The notes under the pieces were generated by a model. It was not told the DNA's origin. It saw only the letters and a list, made by a program, of their open reading frames with translations, and ran no database searches. This document shows positions 54,853-63,628 of a stretch of 64,000 bases of DNA, one piece after another. Source of the stretch: Verrucomicrobiota bacterium (lineage in GTDB: Bacteria; Verrucomicrobiota; Verrucomicrobiia; Limisphaerales; UBA11358). Within the stretch, counting starts at the first letter, position 1. Each line of letters starts with the position of its first letter. Both the position numbers and the translations under genes were made by a program. The stretch covers positions 14,277 through 78,276 of the forward strand of contig JBEKKN010000002.1 of NCBI GenBank assembly GCA_050010675.1, written 5' to 3'.

Positions 54853-55369
54853 CGTTTGCTCCTTTCAGTTGGTCCGCCAGTTGTTTGCGGATGCGGTTGA
54901 GTTTTACGCCAATGTAGTTTTCCGAAATGCCCAGCACCTCGGCCATCTCCTGGTAACTCAGGCCGTCGAGGTGCATAAGCGCCAGCGAAGCGTCCACCTT
55001 GGGCAGCTGGCGGATGGCCGCGTAAAGCCGTTCCACCAGCTCCCGTTCCGGTAACGAATCCAGATGACTCGGCTGTAACTGGGGCGACACGTCAAACTTC
55101 AAAAACTTCTCATGCCCCCTTCGCCGCCGCCATTCTCCGCGCCGCCACGCCATCGTCGTGTTGAAGGCCACGCGATAAATCCAGGTCGTCTCCCTGGCCT
55201 CGCCACGAAACGCGCGGATGGAGGACCAGACGTTCACGAGCACTTCCTGGAACAAATCGTCCTGGTCCTCCGGGGTGGCCGCGCCGGCACGCACCAGTTT
55301 TAACATCAATCCGAGATGGTCGTTTAACCATCGGCGAAAGATCGTTTCCTGTTCTTCAGCGTTCATCAA
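54842..55369 (-). CDS. ECF-type RNA polymerase sigma-70 family factor
   Basis: Region 2 reads DLFQEVLVNVW...YRVAFN. Region 4 HTH reads LSYQEMAEVLGISENYIGVKLNRIRKQL. Confidence 0.85.
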   Translation of the reverse strand: MMNAEEQETIFRRWLNDHLGLMLKLVRAGAATPEDQDDLFQEVLVNVWSSIRAFRGEARETTWIYRVAFNTTMAWRRGEWRRRRGHEKFLKFDVSPQLQPSHLDSLPERELVERLYAAIRQLPKVDASLALMHLDGLSYQEMAEVLGISENYIGVKLNRIRKQLADQLKGANDEL

Positions 55370-55489
55370 ATGTATCCGTATTCAATTAAAATAGTGACGG
55401 CCGACCTCATTTTCTTACAAAAAAAATCAACTTGTCAGCGGTCGGCGACATTGATTCGGTAAATATGAAGTGAATTAGATATTGAACCA

Positions 55490-55702
55490 TTGTCCTCTTT
55501 GAATCATATCGGTCGTGTGAAAGCGACTACGAAGCGACACGCCAAATCCGAGGCTGAATTGCTGGATCACGCCACGAACAACCTATTGCGTGGACTCAAA
55601 CGCCATATACAGAAGAAGATCGGTCGCGTGGACTACGACGAGCTCCGCAAAAAAGGCTACAGTGATCGCTTGCTAAACCAACTGGAACAAACACGCAATT
55701 AA
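55490..55702 (+). CDS. Small basic hypothetical protein in the low-GC islet
   Basis: 70 aa with a TTG start. It is convergent with the next gene and overlaps it by 4 nt. No family recognised. Confidence 0.3.
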   Translation: MSSLNHIGRVKATTKRHAKSEAELLDHATNNLLRGLKRHIQKKIGRVDYDELRKKGYSDRLLNQLEQTRN

Positions 55703-56595
55703 CTTATTTTGCAATAATTTTCATCGAGGGCGAATGAACCAGTCAGCCTCGGCATAGAATCAGCAAAAACGACGTATCGAAAATCATCCAATTGTTTCTT
55801 GGGCTCCGGAGACATACGATCAACTAAGTGGAAGTAAAATCGAGCTTGCAACCCTGCATGAGGAAATAAAGGGGCTCCAAGGTGGTTAGAAAATGTCAGA
55901 CGGTAACTTTCACCCTCTTCAGATCGGTCATGAATTGCTTCCTTATATGCAATTAGCTTACCGTGAATTCGGATAGGAGCATTTACGATAATACTTACAT
56001 AGCGAGCAAGAAGATCACTCTCATTGTTGATACTAAAATTTAACGCCCCAGCTGCGCCGTCTTCATTGAGGCGTGGAAAAACAACAAACTTCGCACTTAC
56101 AGAAACACGAGGGTGCGTCTTGCGATTCATCACATCTCGAATTTCATAATCCTCCATTGGAAGATTATTAAAATTATGCCGCTTGTAGTAAATATGGTCA
56201 CGGGCTTGATGAGCAGTATGCGATTGTGGAACTTCGACCACATAGCAAACAAGACTTTGTGGCTCATCGATCGTAACGGGATGGATAACTATGCCTTCAA
56301 CTCGTGGCTGAATAGTTTGAATTACTTGCTCAATCCATTCTTTGGAAATTTCTTCGCGATTTATCGGGTCTAGCCGCTCTGGAAGGTGGCGTTTGGCTTT
56401 GTCATCTGGCTCAGCGATCCCATAAATCAAGACTCCACCCGATGAATTGGCAAATGCAGAAATATCTCTTACAAGTTCAGCTTTTTTGCCGTCGGACTTG
56501 ATAAGTGAATCCGCGCGTTTGTAATCAAGGGTTAGGTTCTCCTCAACCCCATCGGCAATCATTTGTTCCAACTTTGGTTTCGTCCACTCACTCAT
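55699..56595 (-). CDS. AlbA_2 / Schlafen-like putative DNA-binding domain protein with an unassigned C-terminal half
   Basis: The N-terminus E-ENLTLDYKR...ELVRDISAFANSSGGVLIYGI matches the AlbA_2 pattern. There is no HTH or ATPase tail. The gene is markedly AT-richer than its surroundings. Confidence 0.55.
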   Translation of the reverse strand: MSEWTKPKLEQMIADGVEENLTLDYKRADSLIKSDGKKAELVRDISAFANSSGGVLIYGIAEPDDKAKRHLPERLDPINREEISKEWIEQVIQTIQPRVEGIVIHPVTIDEPQSLVCYVVEVPQSHTAHQARDHIYYKRHNFNNLPMEDYEIRDVMNRKTHPRVSVSAKFVVFPRLNEDGAAGALNFSINNESDLLARYVSIIVNAPIRIHGKLIAYKEAIHDRSEEGESYRLTFSNHLGAPLFPHAGLQARFYFHLVDRMSPEPKKQLDDFRYVVFADSMPRLTGSFALDENYCKIS

Positions 56596-56612
56596 AATCC
56601 ATAGTGTTAGGT

Positions 56613-57173
56613 TTAAGGCGTGACCTTAATTCCCCGCTGCCACAAATCGAAGTGATACAGCGCGACGACGACGAGGGAGTGGCCGATTTTTTCGTCGGCG
56701 ACGAGTTTCGGAATATCCGACACCGGCACCAGCCGTGTCACCAGGTCCTCGCCGTGATCCCAATCGACCTCATGCTGCAACCGGCAATTTTCAATCAGCA
56801 CGGTAAAGGTGGTGTTGCTCAGGATGGCCGGATTTGACCAGATTTTGCCCAGCAGCCGCGCGTTTTCGCCGGCATAACCGGTTTCCTCGCGCAATTCGCG
56901 CACGGCCGTCGCCACCGGGTCGGTCTCACCCGCGTCCATCATGCCGCCGGGAATCTCCAGTTCCACCGTATTCGAGCCGTGCCGGAATTGCTCGACCATC
57001 ACCAGCTTTTGATCGGGCGTGACGGCGATGACGTTGACCCAGTTGACGCTGTCGAGGACGAAGAAGTCGTGTTCCCGGCCGGTGCGCGGCGAGATTTTTA
57101 CGTCCGAACGCAGTTTGAAGATGCGGAAATCGCCGATGGGCGTCGAACGGACTTTTTTCCAAGGCCTGATCAT
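56613..57173 (-). CDS. NUDIX hydrolase (ADP-ribose pyrophosphatase-like)
   Basis: Nudix box GGMMDAGETDPVATAVRELREETGY. Confidence 0.85.
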   Translation of the reverse strand: MIRPWKKVRSTPIGDFRIFKLRSDVKISPRTGREHDFFVLDSVNWVNVIAVTPDQKLVMVEQFRHGSNTVELEIPGGMMDAGETDPVATAVRELREETGYAGENARLLGKIWSNPAILSNTTFTVLIENCRLQHEVDWDHGEDLVTRLVPVSDIPKLVADEKIGHSLVVVALYHFDLWQRGIKVTP

Positions 57174-57206
57174 TTACGATTGATGATTTACGATTTACGA
57201 TGGTGG
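57172..57206. repeat. 7-nt-word tract (atttacg x5) abutting the NUDIX start codon
   Basis: The tract reads atttacg attgatg atttacg atttacg atggtgg on the + strand, directly 5' of the minus-strand ATG at 57173-57171. Confidence 0.8.
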
Positions 57207-57238
57207 TCAACACATACCGCCCGCGCGCGGTTCAATCA

Positions 57239-57427
57239 TCAATTTTTGGGCGCGGCCCAGCCTTGCTTCATCAGGTTGAGCAGATGCTGCAAGGCTTCCT
57301 CGTAACTGCGGCCCTTTTGGGCGGCCAGCTGGTGCGCGCGCTTGTCCAGTTGCGCGGCCATCTCACCCGATTTCCCGGCGGGACAGCCGAGCGCGGTGAG
57401 GACCTGGGCAAGTTCGGAAATTTCCAC
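57239..57427 (-). CDS. Small hypothetical protein (approx. 62 aa)
   Basis: The product reads ...ISELAQVLTALGCPAGKSGEMAAQLDKRAHQLAAQKGRSYEEALQHLLNLMKQGW. The longer ORF-track version (to 57655) reads through the hairpin repeat, so I chose GTG 57427 or TTG 57439. Confidence 0.35.
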   Translation of the reverse strand: MEISELAQVLTALGCPAGKSGEMAAQLDKRAHQLAAQKGRSYEEALQHLLNLMKQGWAAPKN

Positions 57428-57437
57428 AGAAATATTC

Positions 57438-57528
57438 AACCACGGATGCTCACAGATAAACGCGGATAAACAGGCTTCGCCGCGTAAGCCGTTGGAAATC
57501 CGTGTCCATCTGTGTTCATCCGTGGTTT
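57438..57528. repeat. Long imperfect hairpin of approx. 10-nt ACACGGAT-type words
   Basis: Left arm aaccacggatgctcacagataaacgcggataaacagg. The reverse complement of the right arm is aaaccacggatgaacacagatggacacggatttcc. It belongs to the same family as 34103-34225. Confidence 0.8.
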
Positions 57529-57533
57529 GAAAC

Positions 57534-58055
57534 TCATTTCGCGGTGGCGGGAACGATTTTGACACTGACGACGCCGACCCGCTTCTGCGGCTTGCTCGGC
57601 TCGCCGGAACCGCTCGCCCCCACGGGCGTGCCGGCGATTTTCGCCAGCACGTCATCGCCTTTGATCAATTTGCCGAACGCGGTGTATTGGCGGTCGAGAA
57701 AGGAGGCGTCGCCGTCGCAGATGAAAAACTGGCTGCCGGCGGAATCGGGGTTGGCACTGCGCGCCATGGAAATGACGCCCCGCTGGTGCGAGCGGTCGTT
57801 GAACTCGGCCTTGATCTGATAGCCGGGTCCGCCGGTGCCCCAGTGATGTTCCTTGGCGGCATCCTTGGTCAGCGGATCGCCACCCTGAATCATGAAACCC
57901 TTGATGATGCGGTGAAAACAGGTGCCGTCGTAAAAACCCTTTTGGGCGAGGGTCTTGAAGTTCTCGACCGTCTTGGGCGCGACGTCGGGCCAGAATTCAA
58001 TGACCAGTTCGCCTTCGGTGGTGGTGATTTGGGCCAGTTCGCTCATAAAATTCAA
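57534..58055 (-). CDS. ppiB: Cyclophilin-type peptidyl-prolyl cis-trans isomerase (cytoplasmic form)
   Basis: Motifs FHRIIKGFMIQGGDP, SMARS..PDSAGSQFFI and YTAFG. Confidence 0.9.
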   Translation of the reverse strand: MNFMSELAQITTTEGELVIEFWPDVAPKTVENFKTLAQKGFYDGTCFHRIIKGFMIQGGDPLTKDAAKEHHWGTGGPGYQIKAEFNDRSHQRGVISMARSANPDSAGSQFFICDGDASFLDRQYTAFGKLIKGDDVLAKIAGTPVGASGSGEPSKPQKRVGVVSVKIVPATAK

Positions 58056-58062
58056 GATGGGT

Positions 58063-58725
58063 TTACTTCACGGCGTCGGCAGGAACGATTTTTATGCTGA
58101 TGACACCGATGCGATTGAGGGGCGCGCTGTTTTCACCCGAAGGGCTTGGCCCAACGGGCGTATCACCAATTTTTTGGAGCACCTCAACACCCTTGATCAA
58201 GTGACCAAACGCGGTGTATTGATGGTCCAGAAACGATGCGTCGCCGTCGCAGATGAAAAACTGGCTGCCGGCGGAATTCGGATCCGAACTGCGCGCCATG
58301 GAAATGACCCCCAGCTGATGGGAGTGGTTGTTGAACTCGGCGTTGATGCTGTAGCCCGGCCCGCCCGTGCCCCAAGCCGCCTTCGCCGCCGGCATTTTGG
58401 TCAACGGGTCGCCGCCCTGGACCATAAAACCCTTGATGATGCGATGGAAACAGGTGCCGTTGTAAAATCCTCGTTCGGCGAGTTTCTTGAAATTCGCAAC
58501 GGTATTGGGAGCGGCGTCGGACCAGAAGGCGATCACCATTTCACCTTCGGTGGTGTTGATGACGGCGACTTCGTTGGCAGCCGGTGGTGGGGCCATCGGC
58601 ACGGTGGCCTGGGAGTTCGTATTGGTGTCAGCCGCTGAAGCCGTTGCCAGCCCCGCAACCAGACCGATGGCGCAAATTAAATTCCATGCTTTCATGGGGG
58701 AAGAATTTTCCATGCGCACGACCAA
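58063..58725 (-). CDS. ppiA: Cyclophilin-type peptidyl-prolyl cis-trans isomerase (secreted form)
   Basis: It has the same motifs as the adjacent paralogue plus an N-terminal signal peptide MKAWNLICAIGLVAGLATASA. Confidence 0.9.
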   Translation of the reverse strand: MVVRMENSSPMKAWNLICAIGLVAGLATASAADTNTNSQATVPMAPPPAANEVAVINTTEGEMVIAFWSDAAPNTVANFKKLAERGFYNGTCFHRIIKGFMVQGGDPLTKMPAAKAAWGTGGPGYSINAEFNNHSHQLGVISMARSSDPNSAGSQFFICDGDASFLDHQYTAFGHLIKGVEVLQKIGDTPVGPSPSGENSAPLNRIGVISIKIVPADAVK

Positions 58726-58740
58726 AAGTCACGCCCGGAA

Positions 58741-59820
58741 TCAATCCTTTTTCATGGCACGCGTAATGAGACTTCCCCGGCTGGTCCGCCGCGAACGGAC
58801 CAGCACAAACACGATCAACACGACCGCGGCAACCAGGAGTCCCGCACCAACGGCCAGCGCGCCGTGGCGGCTCAGGCCGGAGGGTCCTCCCGACGGCGCC
58901 GGAGCGTTCGTCTGCATTTCCGCGATTTTAGGCGGGGCGGCATTCGTCGAAATTGCATTCGTTGAATTCGACAGCGATTCAACCACCGGTGGCGGATTGG
59001 GTTCCACCCTGGCGGGCGGCGGATTGGGCAGCACCGCTCGAGGCGGAACCGAAGGGAGTGGATTGGTACCGACATTGGTGCCAATAATGATGAGCGGCGT
59101 GGCTGGGATGACCGGTGGTGGTGAAGGCTTGCGCGGTGGCGGGGTTGGATTGGTTTGGACTGGCGTCACAGGTTGAGGAGGCGCCGGCAAGGGCGGAAAT
59201 CCGGGCAAATTCACCCCAATCGCCGAAGAGTTTACGGTGTAACCAATGTACCGGCCCAACTGCGCCCGCAAAACGACAATGAACGTCTCGTCCGACTTGC
59301 TCAAGGCTCTCTCGTTTTGCTTGAGCAGGGTGTTGATCGCGTTGTCGAACGGTGTCCCTTTGATTTCCCCGTCACCATCACAAAAAATCAGCACCGTCAG
59401 CCGCTGGGAATCCTGCACCAGGTTATTGACCTCCGGCATGATCACGTCAAAACTTGTGCTTTTGGAATAGTGCTGGAGCCTTACCAGGTTGGTGATATCC
59501 GACGCAATCGTCGCTGCGTTTTCCGGCAGCCAGCGCTGCAACGGAAATTGTCCCTGGCGCAATTTACGGTCAAAGGCCCACACGCCAATGCTGTCACCCG
59601 GTTGGAATTGCCCGTTCATCATGGAAAGGAAAAGCCGCTCCACGACGTATTGTGTCGCCGGCACGCGTGACTTCATGGCCGATGACGTGTCGAAAACGAG
59701 CAGATAACGGCTGTCAACGCTGCTCACCGCCGGCTGTGCGAGCGCGACCGAGACCAAAATAAATCCGGCGCCCAGCGTGGCGAGAACCCGCGCGCATCGG
59801 GCAAATGGATTCGAAGACAT
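58741..59820 (-). CDS. Secreted VWA-like domain protein with Pro-rich spacer and C-terminal TM anchor
   Basis: Signal peptide, MIDAS-like LLVFDTSSAM, a PPPxP-rich region and a terminal hydrophobic helix with basic tail. Confidence 0.5.
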   Translation of the reverse strand: MSSNPFARCARVLATLGAGFILVSVALAQPAVSSVDSRYLLVFDTSSAMKSRVPATQYVVERLFLSMMNGQFQPGDSIGVWAFDRKLRQGQFPLQRWLPENAATIASDITNLVRLQHYSKSTSFDVIMPEVNNLVQDSQRLTVLIFCDGDGEIKGTPFDNAINTLLKQNERALSKSDETFIVVLRAQLGRYIGYTVNSSAIGVNLPGFPPLPAPPQPVTPVQTNPTPPPRKPSPPPVIPATPLIIIGTNVGTNPLPSVPPRAVLPNPPPARVEPNPPPVVESLSNSTNAISTNAAPPKIAEMQTNAPAPSGGPSGLSRHGALAVGAGLLVAAVVLIVFVLVRSRRTSRGSLITRAMKKD

Positions 59821-59838
59821 TTTTATGGGCCTTTGTTT

Positions 59839-60306
59839 TTACGGCCGGCGGAAACGATTTCGTTCCGCCCGGTTGTAATTTCGCAATTCGTCCTGCAATT
59901 CCACCAGCGCGCCCTCGATCGTGCGAATAAAATTCGCGCAACTCGACGCCAGGCCGCCCATGCCCGTCACCGTATCGCGTTCGGCATGATCGTCCGTCAC
60001 CACCAGCACTTCGCCATAATCCTGAAACCGGTGCGCCGCGCGTTCGATCATTTCATCGGCGGTCTGGCCCGCGCGCGAAAATAAAACCTCCACCGCCGTG
60101 CCGGATTCCTTCGCCGGGATGTGGGGCGGCGCCCCCGCGCCGTCAAAAAAGACCGTGATCGGCTCGCCGGTCGCGTCGTGATAGCGGGTCAGGACGTGAA
60201 TCAGTTCGTCACGCGCCCGCGCCGAATGCCGCGGTTGGCCCGGAGCCAGCTCCGGCCAGTTATGCAACAGGCTGTAGCCGTCCACCAGGATGCGCGCCAA
60301 CGCCAT
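59839..60306 (-). CDS. NYN domain ribonuclease-like protein (YacP/Rae1 family)
   Basis: Motifs ILVDGYSLLH, ITVFFDG, VLFSRAGQTADEMIE and VVTDD. I chose the ATG at 60306; the longer ORF reads through the repeat. Confidence 0.75.
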   Translation of the reverse strand: MALARILVDGYSLLHNWPELAPGQPRHSARARDELIHVLTRYHDATGEPITVFFDGAGAPPHIPAKESGTAVEVLFSRAGQTADEMIERAAHRFQDYGEVLVVTDDHAERDTVTGMGGLASSCANFIRTIEGALVELQDELRNYNRAERNRFRRP

Positions 60307-60330
60307 GTCGCCAAGGTAGTCAAAAGGGCC

Positions 60331-60397
60331 CAAAGTCCAAAGCCCAAAGTCGCGGCTGGCTTGACTTTGGACTTTGGACTTTGGACTGTAGACTTGA
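60331..60397. repeat. Hairpin of 7-nt-word tracts (caaagNc x3 / gactttg x5) in the divergent yacP-lspA spacer
   Basis: Left tract caaagtc caaagcc caaagtc, then an 11-nt loop. Right tract gactttg gactttg gactttg gactgta gacttga. The right tract ends immediately before the lspA ATG at 60398. Confidence 0.85.
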
Positions 60398-60928
60398 ATG
60401 TCTGCCGCCCAATCCATTTTTCAGGTCTCGAACCGCCGCATCGCCGTCATTGCGCTGGTGGTATTCGTGCTCGACCAGTTCACCAAATGGCTGGTGCTGC
60501 GGATGCTGCCGCCGGGTTACGAAAAAATCATCATCAATGGCTTTTTCAAATTCGTTCATTGGGGCAACACCGGCGCGGCCTGGAGCCTCTTTCGCGGCAA
60601 TAACAACACGCTCGCACTCGTCGCGTTGCTCGCCCTGGTGGCGCTGTTTCTCACGCGGCATCATTTCAGTTCAAACACCCTCCCCGGCCAGATCGCCTTC
60701 GGGCTGATTTTTGGCGGCATCGCCGGAAACCTCACCGACCGCCTCCTGCCGGGACGACACGAGGTCATCGATTTCATCTATTTTTACATCCAGCAACGCA
60801 GTGGTGATGAAGTCGGCTTCCCGGCGTTCAATGTCGCCGACACCGCGATTTGCACCGGGGTGGCGCTAATTTTTCTCATCACCTGGAAAAGCGAGCATAC
60901 AACAAAAAACGTGACCAGTGACGTGTGA
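60398..60928 (+). CDS. lspA: Lipoprotein signal peptidase (signal peptidase II)
   Basis: Motifs [28 protein letters not shown] and [11 protein letters not shown]. Confidence 0.85.
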   Translation: MSAAQSIFQVSNRRIAVIALVVFVLDQFTKWLVLRMLPPGYEKIIINGFFKFVHWGNTGAAWSLFRGNNNTLALVALLALVALFLTRHHFSSNTLPGQIAFGLIFGGIAGNLTDRLLPGRHEVIDFIYFYIQQRSGDEVGFPAFNVADTAICTGVALIFLITWKSEHTTKNVTSDV

Positions 60929-61003
60929 CCAGTGACATGAGCCATTCCCCACCGCCACCCGCCCGGCACTTCCTGCCGCCTTTCACTTGTCACCGGTCAC
61001 GCT
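60911..61003. repeat. 7-nt-word tracts (gtgacNN x4-5 and tcacNNg x3) spanning the lspA stop and the rluD leader
   Basis: The first tract reads gtgacca gtgacgt gtgacca gtgacat gagccat and encodes the last 5 residues (VTSDV) and the stop codon of lspA. Its partial inverted partner tcacttg tcaccgg tcacgct lies at 60983-61003. Confidence 0.8.
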
Positions 61004-61010
61004 GAAAGCA

Positions 61011-61958
61011 ATGTCCAGTCGCACGGAAAGTTTAACGGTTGAAAAATCGCTCCCGTCCGAGCGGCTGGACACGTTTCTGCGCCGGCAATTTCCCGCCGTC
61101 TCCCGGGTCGCGCTGCAGCGGTTGATGGAAGCCGGCCACATTCGTGTCAACAGCCGGACGGTCAAACCGACGCACGCGCCGCGCGCGGGTGAGGAAATCG
61201 AAATTCACTGGCCGGAAGCCACGCCCGCCACCGCGCAGCCCGAGGACATTCCGTTTGACGTTCTTTTCGAGGACCGGTCGCTGCTGGTGCTGAACAAACC
61301 CGCCGGACTGGTCGTGCATCCAGCCGCCGGAAATGAGGAACACACCCTGGTCAACGCGCTGCTGCACCACTGCGGTGACGAACTCAGCGGCATTGGCGGC
61401 GTGGCGCGACCGGGCATTGTCCACCGGCTCGACAAGGAAACCAGCGGCTGCCTGGTCGTCGCCAAAAATGATGAAACGCACGTGGCGCTGTCCGCGCAGT
61501 TCGCCGGGCGGAAAGTCAGAAAAATTTACCACGCCATTGTGTGCGGCGAACCCGTCCGCGAGGCGGGCGAAATCCACGCGGCCATCGCCCGCCATCCGTC
61601 GCATCGCAAACGCATGGCCGTCCAGGATGATCATTCCGGCCGCGCCGCGCACACGAGCTGGCATGTGCTCAAGCGACTGAACGCCGCCACGCTGGTGGAG
61701 GCGCAATTGCACACGGGCCGCACGCACCAAATCCGGGTGCATTTCCAATTTCTCGGCCATCCGCTGGCGGGCGACGCCACCTACGGCGCGCGGCAAAACC
61801 GGAGGCTCACGGAACTGACCGGCTACGAACCGCCGCGCGTGATGCTGCATGCGCGCGAGCTTTCATTCATCCATCCGCGAACCGGGAAACTCATGAGCTT
61901 TGAAGCGCCGCTGCCAAAGGACTTTCAGAAGGCACTGAAATCTTTGACAGTCAGGTAG
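61011..61958 (+). CDS. rluD: RluA-family 23S rRNA pseudouridine synthase (RluD-like)
   Basis: S4 domain (RLDTFL...), HRLDKETSGCLVVAK and QLHTGRTHQIRVH. Confidence 0.85.
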   Translation: MSSRTESLTVEKSLPSERLDTFLRRQFPAVSRVALQRLMEAGHIRVNSRTVKPTHAPRAGEEIEIHWPEATPATAQPEDIPFDVLFEDRSLLVLNKPAGLVVHPAAGNEEHTLVNALLHHCGDELSGIGGVARPGIVHRLDKETSGCLVVAKNDETHVALSAQFAGRKVRKIYHAIVCGEPVREAGEIHAAIARHPSHRKRMAVQDDHSGRAAHTSWHVLKRLNAATLVEAQLHTGRTHQIRVHFQFLGHPLAGDATYGARQNRRLTELTGYEPPRVMLHARELSFIHPRTGKLMSFEAPLPKDFQKALKSLTVR

Positions 61959-62027
61959 GGTCGCCCCGCCGTTTGTCTTCAGAAAATTTATTCGCCTGCG
62001 GCGCATAATTTTCGCATCCTGCGGGCG

Positions 62028-62909
62028 ATGAAATCCATGACGGGCTACGGCCGCGGCGGATGCGCGCGAAACGGCTTCAAAATCACGGTCGAGTTGAGCG
62101 CGGTGAACCGCCGGCAATCCGAGATTTCCCTGAATCTGCCGCGGGAACTGGAAATGCTGGAGGCGCCCATTCGCGACGCCATCAATGCCAAAATCGCGCG
62201 CGGCCGCGTCGTGGCACGGGTTTCAGTCCACGCCGGCGCCGGCAAATTGTCCGCCCGGATGCACCTCAATCTCCCGCTCGCCCGGGCCTATGCCACCGAA
62301 CTGAACCGCCTCGCCCGGCAGCTCAAGCTCACGGGCGAAGTGACGCTGGACCAGCTGGTGCGCGCGCCGGGCGTTCTCCAGACGGACGAGGAACTGGTGG
62401 AAGCCGAAAAAATCTGGCCGGTCATTGAACAGGCGTTGAAACCGGCGCTCACCGCGCTGGTGAAAATGCGCGAGCGTGAAGGCGCGCACCTCGCGCGGGA
62501 CCTGGCCGCGCGCATCGCCCTCATGAGCAAAGCCGTCGGAAAAATTCAGAAACAGGCGCCGCAGACGGTGGAAAATTACCGTCAGCAATTGATCGGGCGC
62601 ATCCAGAGCGCCGGCATTGAAAACCTGGCGCCGGATGACGAGCGGCTCCTGAAGGAAATTGTACTGTTCGCCGACCGATCGGACATCTCGGAGGAACTGA
62701 CACGGCTGCAAAGCCATTTCCAGCAGTTCGAGGATTGCCGGAAATCGAAGGAACCGGTTGGACGCACCCTGGATTTTCTGGCGCAGGAGATGAACCGTGA
62801 AGTCAATACCATCGGCTCAAAAGCCAACGACGCCGTCATCGCGCGCGAGGTCGTCACCCTGAAGGCGGAACTGGAAAAATTTCGCGAACAGGCGCAGAAC
62901 GTCGAATGA
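62028..62909 (+). CDS. yicC: YicC/YloC family stress-induced endoribonuclease
   Basis: Motifs MKSMTGYGR and the C-terminal GRTLDFLAQEMNREVNTIGSKAND. Confidence 0.85.
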   Translation: MKSMTGYGRGGCARNGFKITVELSAVNRRQSEISLNLPRELEMLEAPIRDAINAKIARGRVVARVSVHAGAGKLSARMHLNLPLARAYATELNRLARQLKLTGEVTLDQLVRAPGVLQTDEELVEAEKIWPVIEQALKPALTALVKMREREGAHLARDLAARIALMSKAVGKIQKQAPQTVENYRQQLIGRIQSAGIENLAPDDERLLKEIVLFADRSDISEELTRLQSHFQQFEDCRKSKEPVGRTLDFLAQEMNREVNTIGSKANDAVIAREVVTLKAELEKFREQAQNVE

Positions 62910-63598
62910 AAACCCGAAGCCAGCAGCCAGCAGCCAGAGGTCGGAAGTCAAAAGCTGGAAATCCGACATCGGACCTCGGTTCGCTGGCGTCTGATCTCCG
63001 ACCCCTGCTGATTCTTATTTCCGCGCCATCGGGCGGCGGCAAGACCACGCTCTGCCAGCAATTGCTGGCGGCGCGACCGGACATGACCCGCGCCATCACC
63101 TGCACCACCCGTCCGCCGCGACCGGGAGAAACGAATGGCGTGGATTATCATTTTCTTGAGACGGCGGAATTTGAACGGCGCGTCCAGGCGGGTGAGTTTA
63201 TCGAGCACGCCACGGTCTTTGGCCGGAGTTATGGCACGTTGCGCTCCGAACTGTTGGACAAACTGCAGGCGGGCCGGGACGTGCTGCTCAACGTGGACGT
63301 GCAGGGCGCGGCGGCGATCCGCGACCGCGCGCGGACCGAGCCGGAATTGCAACGTGCGCTGGTGACGGTATTTCTGACGCCGCCGTCGGTTGCCGTGCTG
63401 GCGGAACGTTTGAACAAGCGCAACACGGAGGCGGCGGCGGAAATCCAAAAACGCCTGGCCCTGGCGCGGCAGGAAATCGCGCAGTGGCGGCATTTTGATT
63501 ACCTTTTGCTCAGTTCAACGATCCCGGAGGATCTGCGCCGGATGCTGGTGATTGTTGAGGCGGAGAAGATGCGCACGGCGCGGACGCCGGCGTTTTAA
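62906..63598 (+). CDS. gmk: Guanylate kinase with a 30-odd-aa N-terminal extension encoded by heptad tracts
   Basis: P-loop SAPSGGGKTTL, then TTRPPRPGE.NGVDYHF, GRSYGT and LERRL-type C-terminus. The only ATG/GTG/TTG start in frame upstream of the P-loop is the ATG at 62906 (ATGA overlap with yicC). Confidence 0.9.
   Translation: MKTRSQQPAARGRKSKAGNPTSDLGSLASDLRPLLILISAPSGGGKTTLCQQLLAARPDMTRAITCTTRPPRPGETNGVDYHFLETAEFERRVQAGEFIEHATVFGRSYGTLRSELLDKLQAGRDVLLNVDVQGAAAIRDRARTEPELQRALVTVFLTPPSVAVLAERLNKRNTEAAAEIQKRLALARQEIAQWRHFDYLLLSSTIPEDLRRMLVIVEAEKMRTARTPAF
62916..63006. repeat. 13 consecutive G-phased heptads in the 5' end of gmk
   Basis: The heptads read gaagcca gcagcca gcagcca gaggtcg gaagtca aaagctg gaaatcc gacatcg gacctcg gttcgct ggcgtct gatctcc gacccct. 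An internal hairpin pairs gaggtcggaagtc with gacatcggacctc. Confidence 0.75.
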
Positions 63599-63628
63599 CC
63601 GCTAATCTGCGCTCATCCCCGCTGATTT

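Noticed and set aside
57534-58725. Tandem cyclophilin genes as a novel duplication
   Set aside because: This is an ordinary pair: one cytoplasmic and one signal-peptide-bearing PPIase paralogue. Such pairs are common in many bacteria.
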